From Styela clava (lineage: Eukaryota), in NCBI RefSeq assembly GCF_964204865.1, contig NC_135256.1:11656001-11720000 (forward strand): 64,000 nucleotides of DNA. The letters are read 5' to 3'. The stretch's first letter is position 1. Each line of letters begins with the position of its first letter. Below are positions 13,459 through 26,086 of the stretch, one piece after another. Both the position numbers and the translations under genes were made by a program. The notes beneath the pieces are model-generated. The model ran no database searches. It saw only the letters and a program-made list of their open reading frames with translations, and was not told where the DNA came from.

Positions 13459-16400
13459 TTAAAATTTCTTCCTTGATTGCTGGCCAGTTTTAGACGATGG
13501 GATTCCGCTTTTCCGGGGAGTAGAACTCGAGTCATCTTGCTTTATTTCCTCAGTTTTCTTGCTCGCTTGACCTAATTCCACCTTTCTTACTCTTTGAGCA
13601 AATGACAATGAACACAAAGTCTCACTCACATTTTTCTCCACAGGAGCAACTTGAACCACCATCAATGTTTTACTGTCTTTACTTAGTGAATCTTGAAGCA
13701 AGTAAGTCAATTTAGAATTTCTAAATGGAACGTGGGTTTGTCTTCCTCCCAATGCATGAATTACATCACCGAGAGCTGAGAGACTTTTGTTGATATTTTG
13801 GGCTTCCTTCAATCGGTCACCAGAAGCACCAGATTTGGATACCCTTTCTGAACCTGCCAAATCTATCAAATTTAGCTTCCCAAAGCTTCTAACAGCGGTC
13901 GTTTCATTGGTACCCTCCACATATACCATAAGTACAGCATGAGAACGAGAACTATGTTCATTCATATTTGTTGAAGCTGTTTTTCGATTGGTATGCCCAA
14001 GTTTAAACAATGCATTCACGTCATCAATGTTTTTAACTTTTTTACAAGTTAATCCAGGAACATATAAGCCGCCATCGCCGTTCATTTTAATTTCCAGTTT
14101 TTCTGTAGTTGGTTTTAGATTCAGTAAATCCTTTAAAGTTTCATTGTAAATTTCTACCAAAGAAACGGACACTTCAAATTTCCATTCTCCTTTTCTTTCC
14201 TCAATGTCTTGAAATAAATCACTAAGAGCTCTTTGATTGATTCCCGGGTCAGATGTTGGCCCTTCCATCGTGTATGTCTTACCAGAGCCAGTTTGACCAT
14301 ATGCAAAAATACAGACATGATACCCGTCGATGCATGATGTAACCAATGATCGAACTTCAGAATAAACTTCAGGTTGAGTTGAAGTTGGTTGGAAAACTTT
14401 ATCCAGCTCGAAAAGTTGACTTCTTCCTCTTTGAGAATTATGTACAAATATCATACCATCATCATCATTATCGTACGTTACAGCATTCTTAGCTTGATTA
14501 CCAGACCCGTCCTCGGATATTGTTGGTCTCACTCTAACAAACACCCTAATATTACCTTTCAGTTCAACCAGTTCATTATGGTATTTCTTTCTCAAGTTCA
14601 TTTCTTTTTTATATCTTCTGATTAATTCTTTGCTGTTTTCACTGATTTCAGCAATAGCATCGCCAATTTTTCTCTCAGTGTGTCTCATTACTTCCTCAAT
14701 TATCAATGGAAATTTAGAGCACTCTTTTTTAATATGATTATTTTCCTTTACCAAAATATGTACAGTAGAAAGCAGATGCCTCAAAGAACATTGAACTTTA
14801 TAAAGTTTTGTGCTGACATTGTGCAAATCATTACTTGCAGACGATTTGATATCATTAAGAACAGAATCATGATTTTCTTGTAATTCATTAAGCTTTCTCT
14901 GGGTTTCTCTTCTTTCGTTTGCAATTTCCTGATCAAGTTTATAGCATTGTTGCTTCATTTGTTCCTCTTTGTCGTCAGCATCTTTTAATTTTCGTTCATA
15001 TTCTGATACAATATCATTCATCTGTTTCAACTTATGTTCCAGTTTTGATTTGTCACTTTTCAGTGTAGATAACTCAACAATTGCCACATCAGATGCTCCA
15101 CTGAGATCATTAATTTGTGATTGGAGATTTTCATTCATATCATTAGCAGAAACGAGTTTCTGTTGAACAGAAAATAATTGTTGCTGTTCTTTTTTCAGTA
15201 CAGAATTTATCTCATGTAATTCAGTTTGAAGCGAAGTGACTGAATCTTCTTTGGTTTCCAAATCGTTTGACAAGGACTCAATCTTTGACGATTTTTCATT
15301 TAGTTTTGTATTTAATTCCTGAATTGTGTGTTTTGCTTTCTTCAATTTCTCCTCAGTTCGTAACACTTTACTTTCCAATCGTTCAATGTCTTTATCAAAC
15401 TCATGTTTTTGTTTCTCTGCAGTGTCATTTCCTTCTTCCAGTTCCTTCGTTAAATCGTCTTTTTGCTGCAGCATTTTCTTTTTCAAAGCCTCAATTTCAA
15501 ACATATTTTCATCACGATTCTTCCTCGAAGACGCTTTCAGTTCTTGCATTTCTTGTTCCAAGTTTACAAATTTTTCTTTCTCTTTTGTCACACTTTTCTT
15601 TAATTTATCATGACTTTTCTTTTCAGAAGAAAGTTCTGCTTCAATCCTCCTTATTTCATCTTGCAGTTTAGATTGTTCATCAAGATATTGAGAACTAGCT
15701 TCATTAGCATCAGATTTGAGCTGACTCATTTCCAATTGGTATTTACTCAGCTGATCTCTCAAACGTGTTACTTCATTCCTCGCCTTCTGAAGACTTTGTT
15801 GAGCATCATTGCGGGAGTTTTCCAATTGAGTTATTTTGTTTTTTGCTTCGCCTATTTCACTCTTTTGCTCAGATGATTCAACCTCAACAACTTTTTCAAT
15901 CATTTTTGTGACTATTTCTGGGGGTTTATTTTCCAAATCATATATTTTTTCATTTTTCGTCTCTAAGTCTTTTCTTAAAACTTCAATTTCCATCCATGTT
16001 TTCTTCTCAATTTTTTTCTTGTCATCTTCCAATTTTCGGACAGTTTTTTCCAATTTTTCTATCTTATTATGGGACAATTCAGTCTTATCTCTTTCAACAA
16101 TTAATTCATGATTTTTATCTTTTAAAGCGCTTTCCAATTCAGAGATAGTCTTTTTTAACTTTTCAACAACCTTTTCATTATCTGTTTTTTGATTGTCTTT
16201 GATTATGAAGTTCCCATTCATCGTTTGATTTTCTTTCAAATCCAACATTTCTGATGTCTTTTCATCTAGCTCTTGTTCCAGATTAATTAGCTGTTCACGC
16301 ATAACAGATTTTTCATCATGTAACGACTTTATATTATCCACAAGTTTTTGAATGTTTGATACTTGAGCAGATCCATCAACAGTCGGTCTAATAGGATTTC

Positions 16401-16878
16401 CTTTCAAATCATCCTCTAACTGCTTAATCTTATGTTCACATTCGAAGACAATATCTTCTAAATTTGTAATCAGTTGATTTTTATCTTTCAAAAGTTCATT
16501 TTGAGCTTTTTTCAGAATTTTTACATGGCGGCTTCGCTTTGTTTCCTCTCTATGTAATTGTCCTTTGCATAATCTTAATTCATTATCAAGTTCTTTATTT
16601 TTAAATAGAAGGTTATCTCGTTCTCTCTGAAGTATATCATATTCAGCTTTGGTGAGTCCAGCAACTGTAGATAAGGTATCATCATCACTTATGTCAGAAC
16701 TTTCCGAGCTTTCTGATGTCACGTTATCTAAATCCGCAAATCCAAGTTCTTGCATCATTAGTTCCCGCTTGGAAGGTGATGGTTGTGGTCTTCTTGGAGA
16801 CAATAGCCTGCTATTGTTAGAAGACTCAACAAGAGGCTTCGGATATTTGAAGTTATATCTTCTGTTATGGGACGTCAT
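13459..16878 (-). CDS. KIFC3: Kinesin-14 family C-terminal motor, KIFC3-like (1139 aa, single coding exon)
   Basis: Long coiled coil, then neck RKKYHNELVELKGNIRVFVRVRP, P-loop GQTGSGKT, switch I NEHSSRSH, switch II DLAGSE, and HVPFRNSKLTYLLQDSL. Confidence 0.92.
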   Translation of the reverse strand: MTSHNRRYNFKYPKPLVESSNNSRLLSPRRPQPSPSKRELMMQELGFADLDNVTSESSESSDISDDDTLSTVAGLTKAEYDILQRERDNLLFKNKELDNELRLCKGQLHREETKRSRHVKILKKAQNELLKDKNQLITNLEDIVFECEHKIKQLEDDLKGNPIRPTVDGSAQVSNIQKLVDNIKSLHDEKSVMREQLINLEQELDEKTSEMLDLKENQTMNGNFIIKDNQKTDNEKVVEKLKKTISELESALKDKNHELIVERDKTELSHNKIEKLEKTVRKLEDDKKKIEKKTWMEIEVLRKDLETKNEKIYDLENKPPEIVTKMIEKVVEVESSEQKSEIGEAKNKITQLENSRNDAQQSLQKARNEVTRLRDQLSKYQLEMSQLKSDANEASSQYLDEQSKLQDEIRRIEAELSSEKKSHDKLKKSVTKEKEKFVNLEQEMQELKASSRKNRDENMFEIEALKKKMLQQKDDLTKELEEGNDTAEKQKHEFDKDIERLESKVLRTEEKLKKAKHTIQELNTKLNEKSSKIESLSNDLETKEDSVTSLQTELHEINSVLKKEQQQLFSVQQKLVSANDMNENLQSQINDLSGASDVAIVELSTLKSDKSKLEHKLKQMNDIVSEYERKLKDADDKEEQMKQQCYKLDQEIANERRETQRKLNELQENHDSVLNDIKSSASNDLHNVSTKLYKVQCSLRHLLSTVHILVKENNHIKKECSKFPLIIEEVMRHTERKIGDAIAEISENSKELIRRYKKEMNLRKKYHNELVELKGNIRVFVRVRPTISEDGSGNQAKNAVTYDNDDDGMIFVHNSQRGRSQLFELDKVFQPTSTQPEVYSEVRSLVTSCIDGYHVCIFAYGQTGSGKTYTMEGPTSDPGINQRALSDLFQDIEERKGEWKFEVSVSLVEIYNETLKDLLNLKPTTEKLEIKMNGDGGLYVPGLTCKKVKNIDDVNALFKLGHTNRKTASTNMNEHSSRSHAVLMVYVEGTNETTAVRSFGKLNLIDLAGSERVSKSGASGDRLKEAQNINKSLSALGDVIHALGGRQTHVPFRNSKLTYLLQDSLSKDSKTLMVVQVAPVEKNVSETLCSLSFAQRVRKVELGQASKKTEEIKQDDSSSTPRKSGIPSSKTGQQSRKKF

Positions 16879-17995
16879 TTTTAGGATTAGTCCCTATAAA
16901 ATATTAGAAATTTGCAAATATTTAGAATTCAATCAATAGCATGCCATCAATTTTCTTAAATTTTCAAATATTGCCCTCTGGAATTTATTTGTTATAAAAC
17001 ATATAGGCCCAGCAAAAAATGACCTTTGATGGTAGTGCCTTCAATGTGCGAGACTACTTACAGACTTAAGATATAAACAATGTATAAAAATGAAACAGCC
17101 GGTAACAAATCCAAATCTTTAGTTTTTGATATAACACAACACTTGATGTATTCAAGAATCTTATCATTTCAGCATTTATTATTCTTTACATGGCAAGTTA
17201 GAAATATTGACATGACAAAACTTCGTGGACACGATGCTTTAGATTATTTTGAACAAAGGATCCCACTTACATAAAAAATTAGAAGGATCAATCAAAAAAA
17301 AAATTGTTTGATATTCCAACATCAAATATCATTCAAGCTAACATAAACAAACAAGTACAAAATTAGAAAATACTGAAATATACATGATTACTAGTCCCAG
17401 TTTTCTGTTTTTATAATTACTAATTCTTTTATATTGCCTTTACGAGACGAATAAACATACATACATTGTATACTACAGCACACCAAAGAATAAAAGGTTG
17501 TTTTCAGGTTTTGCTACCCATTCTACAGTATCACCTGGCCAGAGAATCGACAAATTGTTCCTATTTAAATCATTTATCAAATGTAAATACAGAAATAGTC
17601 AGGTGACCTATTTGTTTATTGTTCCTGCATTTTTCCGACCTCTGACCTCCCAAAACAACTCTTTGCCACGAGAGTGTTTACGCAAGTTAGCGCGTACAAA
17701 CTGGTTTACATGTTTCTAACTATAACTTTGAGATAAAGCAATTGACCACCCGCTGTTTGTGAATAGTGGTGGCTCATTTTAGACAAGTCTATCGCAGCCT
17801 TTTCGGGATAAATTTTATTTACTGCTACGAAAACAAACTCCTCGGAATACATTAATGACCATTGGGCTATATGAAATATTTTTTAAAGGACTAAATACCG
17901 TACTGACAAACAACAAGCAAAACCACGAAATGCTCGAACATTTGTCTTCTTTTGCTAATTGATCATGAACAAAAAATGGATGCCCGGGGAACGTA

Positions 17996-19599
17996 TATGG
18001 ACCTTTCCCCGACCTTTGACCCCAAAATTTTTTTTCCTATACTTCATAGGGTGACCATACGTCCTCCTTTTGGAGGATTTGTCCTCCTTTTTCGTTGAAA
18101 AAATTGCGTCCTCCGAGGACGCTCTAAAATGCCAAAATGTCCTACTTTTTCACGAGATAAAATATTTAAAATTATATCTTTTGATATGGTAAGAAAATTT
18201 GGAAGAAAGTAGAGACTTAATATCATTATACATATGACAAGCAATGCATTGAGTTGTGATAGAAAACACACTCTTATTAAATGCATACTCGTTTATAACG
18301 TAAAAATCGTTTTGTTCTGCAATTATTTTTTACGTCATTCCACGTTGTATTTCACAATATGGTAAAGTTTCGATTTACGTCAGCAGACCCAATAAATTAT
18401 TCCGGAAAGAAATGCCTTTATCACTCAGTAACTAAGGAAAAAGTATCCATGCTTTAGAAAAGATAAACTGATAGCGAAGCGGAGTGCATTACATACGGCT
18501 ATGAGTCTATGACACTTTCGTTTCTGTGGCGAATAACGGCAAGCTTAACAACAGTTGCACGTTGAGAGTTCAAGCATAAAACAGCTGTTAGAGAAGAATC
18601 ATCATCGGCGGAAAGAGACCGACTATATTTTGCGCCTGCAACTCATATTGAAGAAAAGGTTGCTCTTGCCGGAGCTAGAATGACGTTTCATTGTGTAAAA
18701 CATCACCAGTGTTACAGATCTAACAATTGTACGTTAAATCTAATGAAGAAGGTTTTCCCAGGTTTGTGATAAAATAAACTACTGCCTGACTGCAACCACA
18801 ATGGCCGAAAGAACCATTTGAGTCTGCTGCTAATGTACTCACTAAATTTGATTGACACTTCTTGCAGCCAGTTCTACCGTAGTAGTATATATTTACGGTT
18901 CTACGATATTGAAAAAAATAATTCAACAATATTCACGAAGGAACTGCCAAATACCCATGCTGCTCTAATGACAAATAAATTGATTGTTCTGTGTATGTTT
19001 TTTAACGATATTGTCGTCGCTTTTATATTTAATCCTAGGGAATTTAGCATATATATAATGTATATCTCAGGCACAGAAATGAGGTTCTACCAAACGATGT
19101 GTCCTCTTTTTAAGGTTTGGAAAATATGGCCACCCTAATACTTCACCATTGCAAAATTTTAGGGGGTTATTTTAAGAATGGTTTCGCGAGTTGGCGAATG
19201 TAATATGAGATATTTGTTTCAAACCATCATTATAATTCATCGCATACAACAATCTGTTTTTTAAAAGTACCGGTAAAGAATTTTAGCCTAGTCTATCACC
19301 CTATTTCTACACCAGTTTTTTATTACTGCAATTAAACTAGAACTTCTAAGAGAACAAAGTGAACATTGAATTATCTGATTTATATTCAAATTTCCGAAAG
19401 ACAAATGAAAATCAACGAATAGAGTTCAAAAATGCCAAAACGAGGCAATGTTTACGACCACGCCTGAAAATCTGTCTGAGTGAAAAAAGTGTCTGAGCGG
19501 ACGGGAAAAGGGGACATTGTTACGTCACGTTTTGTGTATTGCTGATTGGCTAATGTCACGAAGTAAACAAAAAAGTCGATGCTCGGGGAAAGGTCCATA
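17996..19599. mobile_element. Putative TIR element hosting a nested hAT insertion
   Basis: Perfect 17-bp inverted repeat TATGGACCTTTCCCCGA (17996-18012) / TCGGGGAAAGGTCCATA (19583-19599). No clear TSD. Confidence 0.6.
18047..19137 (+). mobile_element. Internally deleted hAT transposon with a degraded transposase N-terminus
   Basis: TIRs TAGGGTGACCATA / TATGGCCACCCTA; 8-bp TSD ATACTTCA (18039-18046, 19138-19145); frameshifted remnant ...EEKVALAGARMTFHCVKHHQCYRSNNCTLNLMKKVFP. Confidence 0.9.
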
Positions 19600-20185
19600 G
19601 GCTACTTTATCACTCTGAAAACGAAACGACTAACGTTCATTTATTTTTTTTAACTATTGTTTTATTGTCTGTTATTCTGCTTACGGAGTCAAAATAAACT
19701 TATTTATGAATCTATTTATTTTTAACATTCATTCATTTGTTTTTGGCTATTGTTTTTTTGTCTGGTTTTCTGCTTAAGAAGTCAAAATAAAACTATTTAT
19801 GCGAAAAAGGAGACTGCCAAAATTGTAATTGTTACGTCATCGTTGACCTCTTCCTGATTGGCCAATATCACGAAAAAACAGATACGAGGAAGTCGATGTT
19901 CGTCAGAAGCATCATTGAGATGTAATATGAGAACCATTCTTAAGGATACCACAATTGTGTAAAAGGAATGAGTAATACGGTACTTTGAAATTTTTTTTTC
20001 GAAGTGCATAGCTTATTGGGATCGAACTAATAAAACCCGGCGATTCCACGCGAATGGGCGCATCGAAACGTCTGCGGAAAACTACCACGATTTGTTTATT
20101 TAATGAGAGCCTTGAGGCACACTATTGCATACGTACTAAGTTGCAAAGCAATTTGCAATGTAATAATTTCTAGTACTTTTAACCG

Positions 20186-20357
20186 CGAGTAGTGTGGCTC
20201 ATCGTGCTAAGCGTTAGGAATACGCTCGCCACCGCACTTCTGATTACTCTTCGTGGGTTCGAATCCCATGCGGGAATGGTCATGTGCGAGAAATTCCAGT
20301 ACTTTTAACCGCGAGTAGTGTGGCTCATCGTGCTAAGCGTTAGGAATACTATCGCCA
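20186..20357 (+). mobile_element. tRNA-derived SINE head with a partial tandem duplicate
   Basis: A-box-like TGGCTCATCGTGCTAAG and B-box GGTTCGAATCC (about 20256-20266). The first ~55 bp are repeated at 20299-20357. No tRNA cloverleaf. Confidence 0.65.
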
Positions 20358-20720
20358 AATATGTAAATCCTATATCAATTTATGTTTCATGTTCCGAAAT
20401 ACCTGTTCTTTGAGCTTTCATAATGTCGAGCTCATGTGACAACTATGTTATCTCGTCTGTCACATACAACCAAGAAGATAATTACATATTATCGGTATCA
20501 GACGGTATGTTAGTCGTTGGTATCAGATTTTTGAAATATTGGAGAAAAAGGTGGTATCGGTACATTTTTACTTGAGAACATTTCCCACCAGGTGGCGGCA
20601 AAGGCCTTGACAACGGGCCTTTAGCAAGTCTTGCAGGACGCTAAAGCAAAAGGTTCAGAGATGTTGAGGGTTTCCTTGACCTGTTTGGACTCTTGAAGAA
20701 TCTGCTAATGGGCGCGAGAG

Positions 20721-20822
20721 GTTCCATTGGCAACAAATGAAATTTGTTATTGGAGCCAACCTGGCCCCCTTCCTTCCTTTAAAATATTTTCGAGATTTTT
20801 GGCCTTAGCAACGTTGCTATAG
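20721..20822. promoter_or_regulatory. RFX X-box-like motifs upstream of CFAP107
   Basis: GTTCCATTGGCAAC (20721-20734) and palindromic TAGCAACGTTGCTA (20806-20819), 160-260 bp before the ATG of a ciliary gene. Confidence 0.55.
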
Positions 20823-20982
20823 TGTCTCCAATTCCAGACTGTATTATCTTATAAATTTATATAAACAGAACTTTTGAACTTATCTAGTGCAAAGGAGTAA
20901 AACTGTATTATGAACTATTGAATAATATAAGAAAACCATTTCATTCTGCAAAAGTTTTTTGTGAGTAATCCGAATCACCAGT

Positions 20983-22753
20983 ATGCAGCAAGGTGAAGCA
21001 ATGAAATGGCACATGCCGGGATGGCGAATTGAGCAGCGGTTTTCGAACAATACACTTATAGGAAATTGGTGTGAAGAAAGAAAACAGGTTAGTTACTCAA
21101 ATATGAATCGATGCATTCAACGCAATATCGAATATTCAAATTCTGCATTCTTACAGAATAATTTTTGTTTTCAGTTTCAACGAGGAACACATTCAAATAC
21201 AAGCACACATTTAACTGATTTTCGTTTGTATAAAAATCACAAGCCTGATGTTACAATTCGACGTTCTGCATTAATGAGAAATGAAGGACTCCGCAAAGAA
21301 AATCTTTTCACTCATCATGGGAAAACGTACGACCTAACATTCACAGTTGCATGGGCACTTACTGTACAGAGCATTGCCAGTTCAGCTATAAGGAAGATTA
21401 TTGTACACTTGTATATGTTATATTACCTACATCACAACAGTCACAGCAGACATTTTATAATTCAAACTTTTCATGAATTTTACAATATTTTTGAGAAATC
21501 ACTGTAGCGATTAAAGCTCATGTTAGATCATTAAGCCGTAAGTACGCTTTCATAACTTTTTCAGATACAGCAACAACTTAATATCATGGTATGATGAACA
21601 ATTTAATAAGAGAATGAGGGATGAAAATGACAGGCTACCAGATGTACGTAAATGGGATGGCCACAAACTCGCCTGGGCTCCTGAAAGATCTGATTATCCT
21701 ATGCAAGGTAAATTAAGATATACCATCATTTTTATGGAATATCGCTGATAGGCTCTAGGTAAAATCTGGGGATGAAGTATTCATTAACTTTAGAGAATTG
21801 CCCCTTATCAACCGTGAAAATATATAGGTGATCTTTTTTCTACCTATATATTGGATGAATTGAACTGAAATACTAAAATTTAACAATACTTTTGTGACAA
21901 AAAATGGTTGGACAAGAAGTTTAAACTATTCTCTAAAATAATGACTAGCAATGAGACTTCATAAAAATTTTGGATTACAGGAAAACCAACAAACTATGGT
22001 CTTCACAGTAAAATGAAGGACAAGTGGATTGCAGAATTAAAAGCAGAACGGTCCGGGCATTACACTACAGATTATGGTCAAGCATACCAAGGACATCCTT
22101 CAACCGCTTTCCCTAGAAGATTTGCTTCTGCACCCAAATATCTTTCAAGCCATTTTAATCCAATCAGTAAGGTAAGTTGAGTTAAATATGAAATTGTATT
22201 ACCTGAAGATTGATGTTTTACTATACTGTAGGGCTGGGCATTTTCGAATACCCGATGATTTCAGAATCAAATCGAATATTTTTTTCGAATCGAATCTTGA
22301 GATATATATAATTGTATGTAACTTTCTTGTTGTATTGGTTGGGTCCTCCAGACACGTAACTTACTGGAAACGTGAATTGCTGAACATTCACACACAATAA
22401 AAAACAGGTTTTCATCAATAACTCCACTACAGAAAAGAGTCTTATTTCAGAATAGCGTTAAAAAAATATGGCTTCAATGAAAAAAATTGAGAAATTTACC
22501 TAGACCATTGGCAGAGAGGGAAAAAACAAGATGGTGGCGATTCAAAATGCCCAGCCCCACTATACTGGTATTATGTTGTAAACTACCGGTAACTTTATCT
22601 TTGTTTCCCAAAATACATGGATATTAGTACTAACCAAGTAACAAACACTCTCACTTTTTCCTCATCTAGCTAAACAAAGATCTTTGGTTGAGAAGAACTC
22701 CATTCAACATGGCACCGGAATATCCACCAACAGTAACACCACCTTCTTCCTGA
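20983..22753 (+). CDS. CFAP107: Cilia- and flagella-associated protein 107 (C1orf158), 5 exons
   Basis: Exons 20983-21087, 21175-21326, 21565-21707, 21981-22171, 22670-22753 give PGWRIEQRFSNNTLIGNWCEER...HKPD...EGL...THH...LISWYDEQFN...RKWDGHKLAWAPERSDYPMQGKPTNYGL, matching remembered CFAP107 motifs. Confidence 0.88.
22229..22559. mobile_element. hAT-type MITE in CFAP107 intron 4
   Basis: TIRs TAGGGCTGGGCATTTT / AAAATGCCCAGCCCCA; 8-bp TSD CTATACTG (22221-22228, 22560-22567). Confidence 0.9.
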
Positions 22754-23687
22754 ATAGACTAGATCTGAACTCAAATTTACCTTCACTTTTTTTTCTATTA
22801 GGACTGCAATGTTGAGATTATTTTATTATTATAAAAAAGCGCTTATTCTTATGTTTGAACTAAAACTGTGGCCAGCCATAAACATCATTGCGATTAACAA
22901 TTCTTTATTTACTGATTTATGTGCTCAAATAAAATCGTACTAAGTGGATTTTAATAAATATGCTTTATTTACCGATTTTAGATACACAATCAATACACAC
23001 CCAGAGATATGAGTACATCCAATCAAAATCTGGCAATAACCACAACATTTATGACATTCTATCAGCCATTTCAGAGTGACAATATTACGAATACTGACAA
23101 TCACATCCGTCTGGCTCCTATGGCAACTGTTGTGCATTTGTACCTTTCTAGTCTCCCAACTGCAGTGCATAGTTAATCAGGATTGTTAGCAGAACCCCCC
23201 AATTTTTAATGGCAGATCTCATAAAGATATAACTATTCACCTGCAATATAAAATTCTCAAAAACAAGGATTTGAACAGAATCCCCATGCTAAGTGATTAA
23301 GATGGTAGTTAAATTGAAAACTTTTGAACAGAGAATATGTCTCCATGTTTTATACATAGCGAAAATATTCCCTGAGGAGCATGATGTCAAATATACTTAC
23401 AAGTATATATTTCACAAAAAAGCATATGAACTTCAATTTCTGAAAAAGCAGATAAGGCAATGAATATGTTCTTCAAATTTAAAACCTCAGCAATACTAAA
23501 AAAACAGGTGACCACTTCACCATTTTTGAAATTATAGACACACTTGAAAACTTAAATTAACATATAAATAAGTAGTAATATAATTTTAATTGTGCAGATA
23601 AAACAGTAAAATGCACTAATTACGGTAAGACAATGATTAAAAGGTTTTTACCATATAGCAATACGAAGAAGAAAAGGCGAGTCTTTG

Positions 23688-25030
23688 CTACCTTGGTAAG
23701 AATTTACCAACAGGCCTAGGAAATATACCAGGATACATAGTGGAAAGAAATAACTCTGTTGCTACAGCTGTCAGTCCCCATATTCTAGGTTTTGTAGTGA
23801 ACACTGGCAAAATATATGGTAGTGCATGGGCGGAATCCACAGGAGGACGAAAACTTGTTTGCTTTATATTTTCACGACAACATAGATATTCTAATGGAAC
23901 AGTGAATACCTTAGAGACCTGAAAATAAAATTTTATCATATTAATAAACAGGTACATTAAATCTCAACGATATATCAAGAAATTTTATAGTACTCACCTC
24001 CGAATCGTTTATCATGAGATCATCAACTGTTACGCTACCAAGGTTCCCAACAACTGGATGAATTGGGTTCATGTAATACTAAAAATATTGATTGTAAGCT
24101 TACACACAAAAAGCCTTTTAAGTAGGAAGTCAATTAAATATGTATTTTACCCTCCCAATTGGTGGTAAAACCTCCCAAACATCGATTGAAGATTGTGGTA
24201 TACCAATTTCCTCTTCTGTTTCTCTGATTGCAGTATGAATCACATCTCTGTCACTCTCATCAAATTGACCTCCAGGAAAACTGAAATTAGTCAACTTATT
24301 ACAGTATTAGAGCTATTTTGACTAAAGAAATGTCTTCCAGAAATTAGAATGCAAGGCAAAAAAAACAGACTTTTAAATGTTCTAACTTTTTTGAATTTAT
24401 AGCTAGTCGTGACATCCCAGATTTTATAAATTTCATATATTCGCAATATCCATAAACAGAATAAATGCTGAAAGAATGATAAAAAAATGATATTAGTTAT
24501 ATTCAGGTTATAAGATTAAATTGTGTAACCAAATCGAAAAGAGATAGCCAGCTTACAGCTACATGTTCACTGATTGTTCCCTTTTATAATTAACACACTA
24601 CTGTAATGCATAAATGAGAATGAAAAATTAGAAGAAAGTGCTGCTTTACTATTTTTACATTGAGTTAGTGTTAAAGGCTTGTCTGACCGTTTCAATACTG
24701 ACGTCACCATCAGGACACTACTACTATTACATTACTAGCTTATACCTAGTACCGGTACACATGTTAAATTAAGATACTGCACCTCACTTGGCCACTGTGG
24801 CTCCTTAAGTCCTGTGATCGCAGAGTGTACAAAAGAGAAGGAATTCCCTCCACGCTGCATAATGATACAAGAATTGCGGACGACTGAGTTCTTTTTAATT
24901 TAACCACTTTCTTACTTTTTAGTATACGAATTCTTTGAATCGTTTGATATTTTGACGACGGCGATAGAGCTTCAGAAAAGAGAGACGAATGACTAAGCGC
25001 CGCCGCTACAGTTGAGGCCGATCGGCACAT
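23688..25030 (-). CDS. NUDT8: Nudix hydrolase NUDT8 (mitochondrial CoA diphosphatase), 4 exons
   Basis: Exons 25030-24783, 24280-24151, 24078-23998, 23918-23688. CoA-Nudix motif LLYTLRSQDLRSHSGQVSFPGG, Nudix box GGQFDESDRDVIHTAIRETEEEIG, and C-terminal LPVF...RIWGLTAVATE. Confidence 0.88.
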
Positions 25031-25555
25031 ATCAGCACCAGTGAAGTCTGTGCGTCTTCGCTACTTGACTGTGCCGAAGTGTGTGTTAGGAGTCGCATGG
25101 TGCTCGCAGCTCAAACAAAGCTTATTGCACCAGGTCGTGATAGGCTATTTCTCACCTAAAGGAGGCGATTTGCAAACATTCATTTGTTGGTATTAAATGG
25201 ACCTATCAGTAGATTCGACAAATTTAATCATATAAAATAAAATTCTTAATAAATGTTGAAGTCTAAATGATTCATCGGAATCGGTACATAATTTTAGTAA
25301 ATTAGTTCGTTGAATAATGAAACGATTATTGTAAAATAAAATTAAATGGGAAACATTTTTCTTCAGAATGAGCGTAGTGCGTCTTGATGGCATCCAATTT
25401 TTTGTAAATAACCATTTAGTCGACATTGCTCAGTTTGTAAGCAAAACAACTTTATTTCGTACTTCCGATCAATAAGGATTGTTCCGATGTAAGTTTGAAT
25501 ATTGAATTCTGTGCCGTTCTAGGTGAAACATCTTATGGATAGATATAGATATTTC

Positions 25556-25790
25556 GGTACTCCAGTAGTACGCGAATCAAGATGGCGGATACCGGAGCGT
25601 AGTATGTGAACCAAAATAGGGTTATGCCATAATTTTATTCCAATTTGCATTATTTTAGTTCTATTACGAGTTCGGAGACTAGCCAAGTGACTTCGTAGTA
25701 TTTGTACCTGAAATTATGGCCTAACCCTAACCTGGTACACATACTACGTTCCGGTGTCCGTCATCTTGGTTCACATACTACGGGGGTACC
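25556..25790. mobile_element. Palindromic MITE, same family as 3839-4074
   Basis: GGTAC...GTACC ends, inverted arms with CAAGATGGCGG and CCTAACCCTAACC, near-perfect TSD GATATTTC / GATATTTT. Confidence 0.85.
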
Positions 25791-26086
25791 GATATTTTAT
25801 TTTTAAAATTCCACAATCTACACTAATTAAAATGAAGAATCCTGGAGAGCGAGCAAAACCTTTAAAATTTAAAACATGAGAAATATCATGTGCCCGCTTC
25901 CCCACCTACACACAGAAAACACAAACCTAGATAAACGAGGCCTGCGTCAGAAATGAACAAACAAAAAATACGCGAATGTATTGTTAAAAATTTAAAATTT
26001 AAGCTAATAATGACCCATTCAATCTCATCTCATAGAAAGATAACGTGTGAAATGTAATGTGATAAATTGGTGAGGATAGTCAAGAC

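Noticed and set aside
14154-16939. Several ORFs overlapping the kinesin CDS
   Set aside because: Antisense or alternative-frame shadows of a coiled-coil coding region.
20186-20292. Possible tRNA gene
   Set aside because: A and B boxes are present, but there is no acceptor stem or cloverleaf; better explained as a SINE head.
25193-25426. 77-aa ORF upstream of NUDT8
   Set aside because: No recognisable homology and no convincing in-phase splice to NUDT8.
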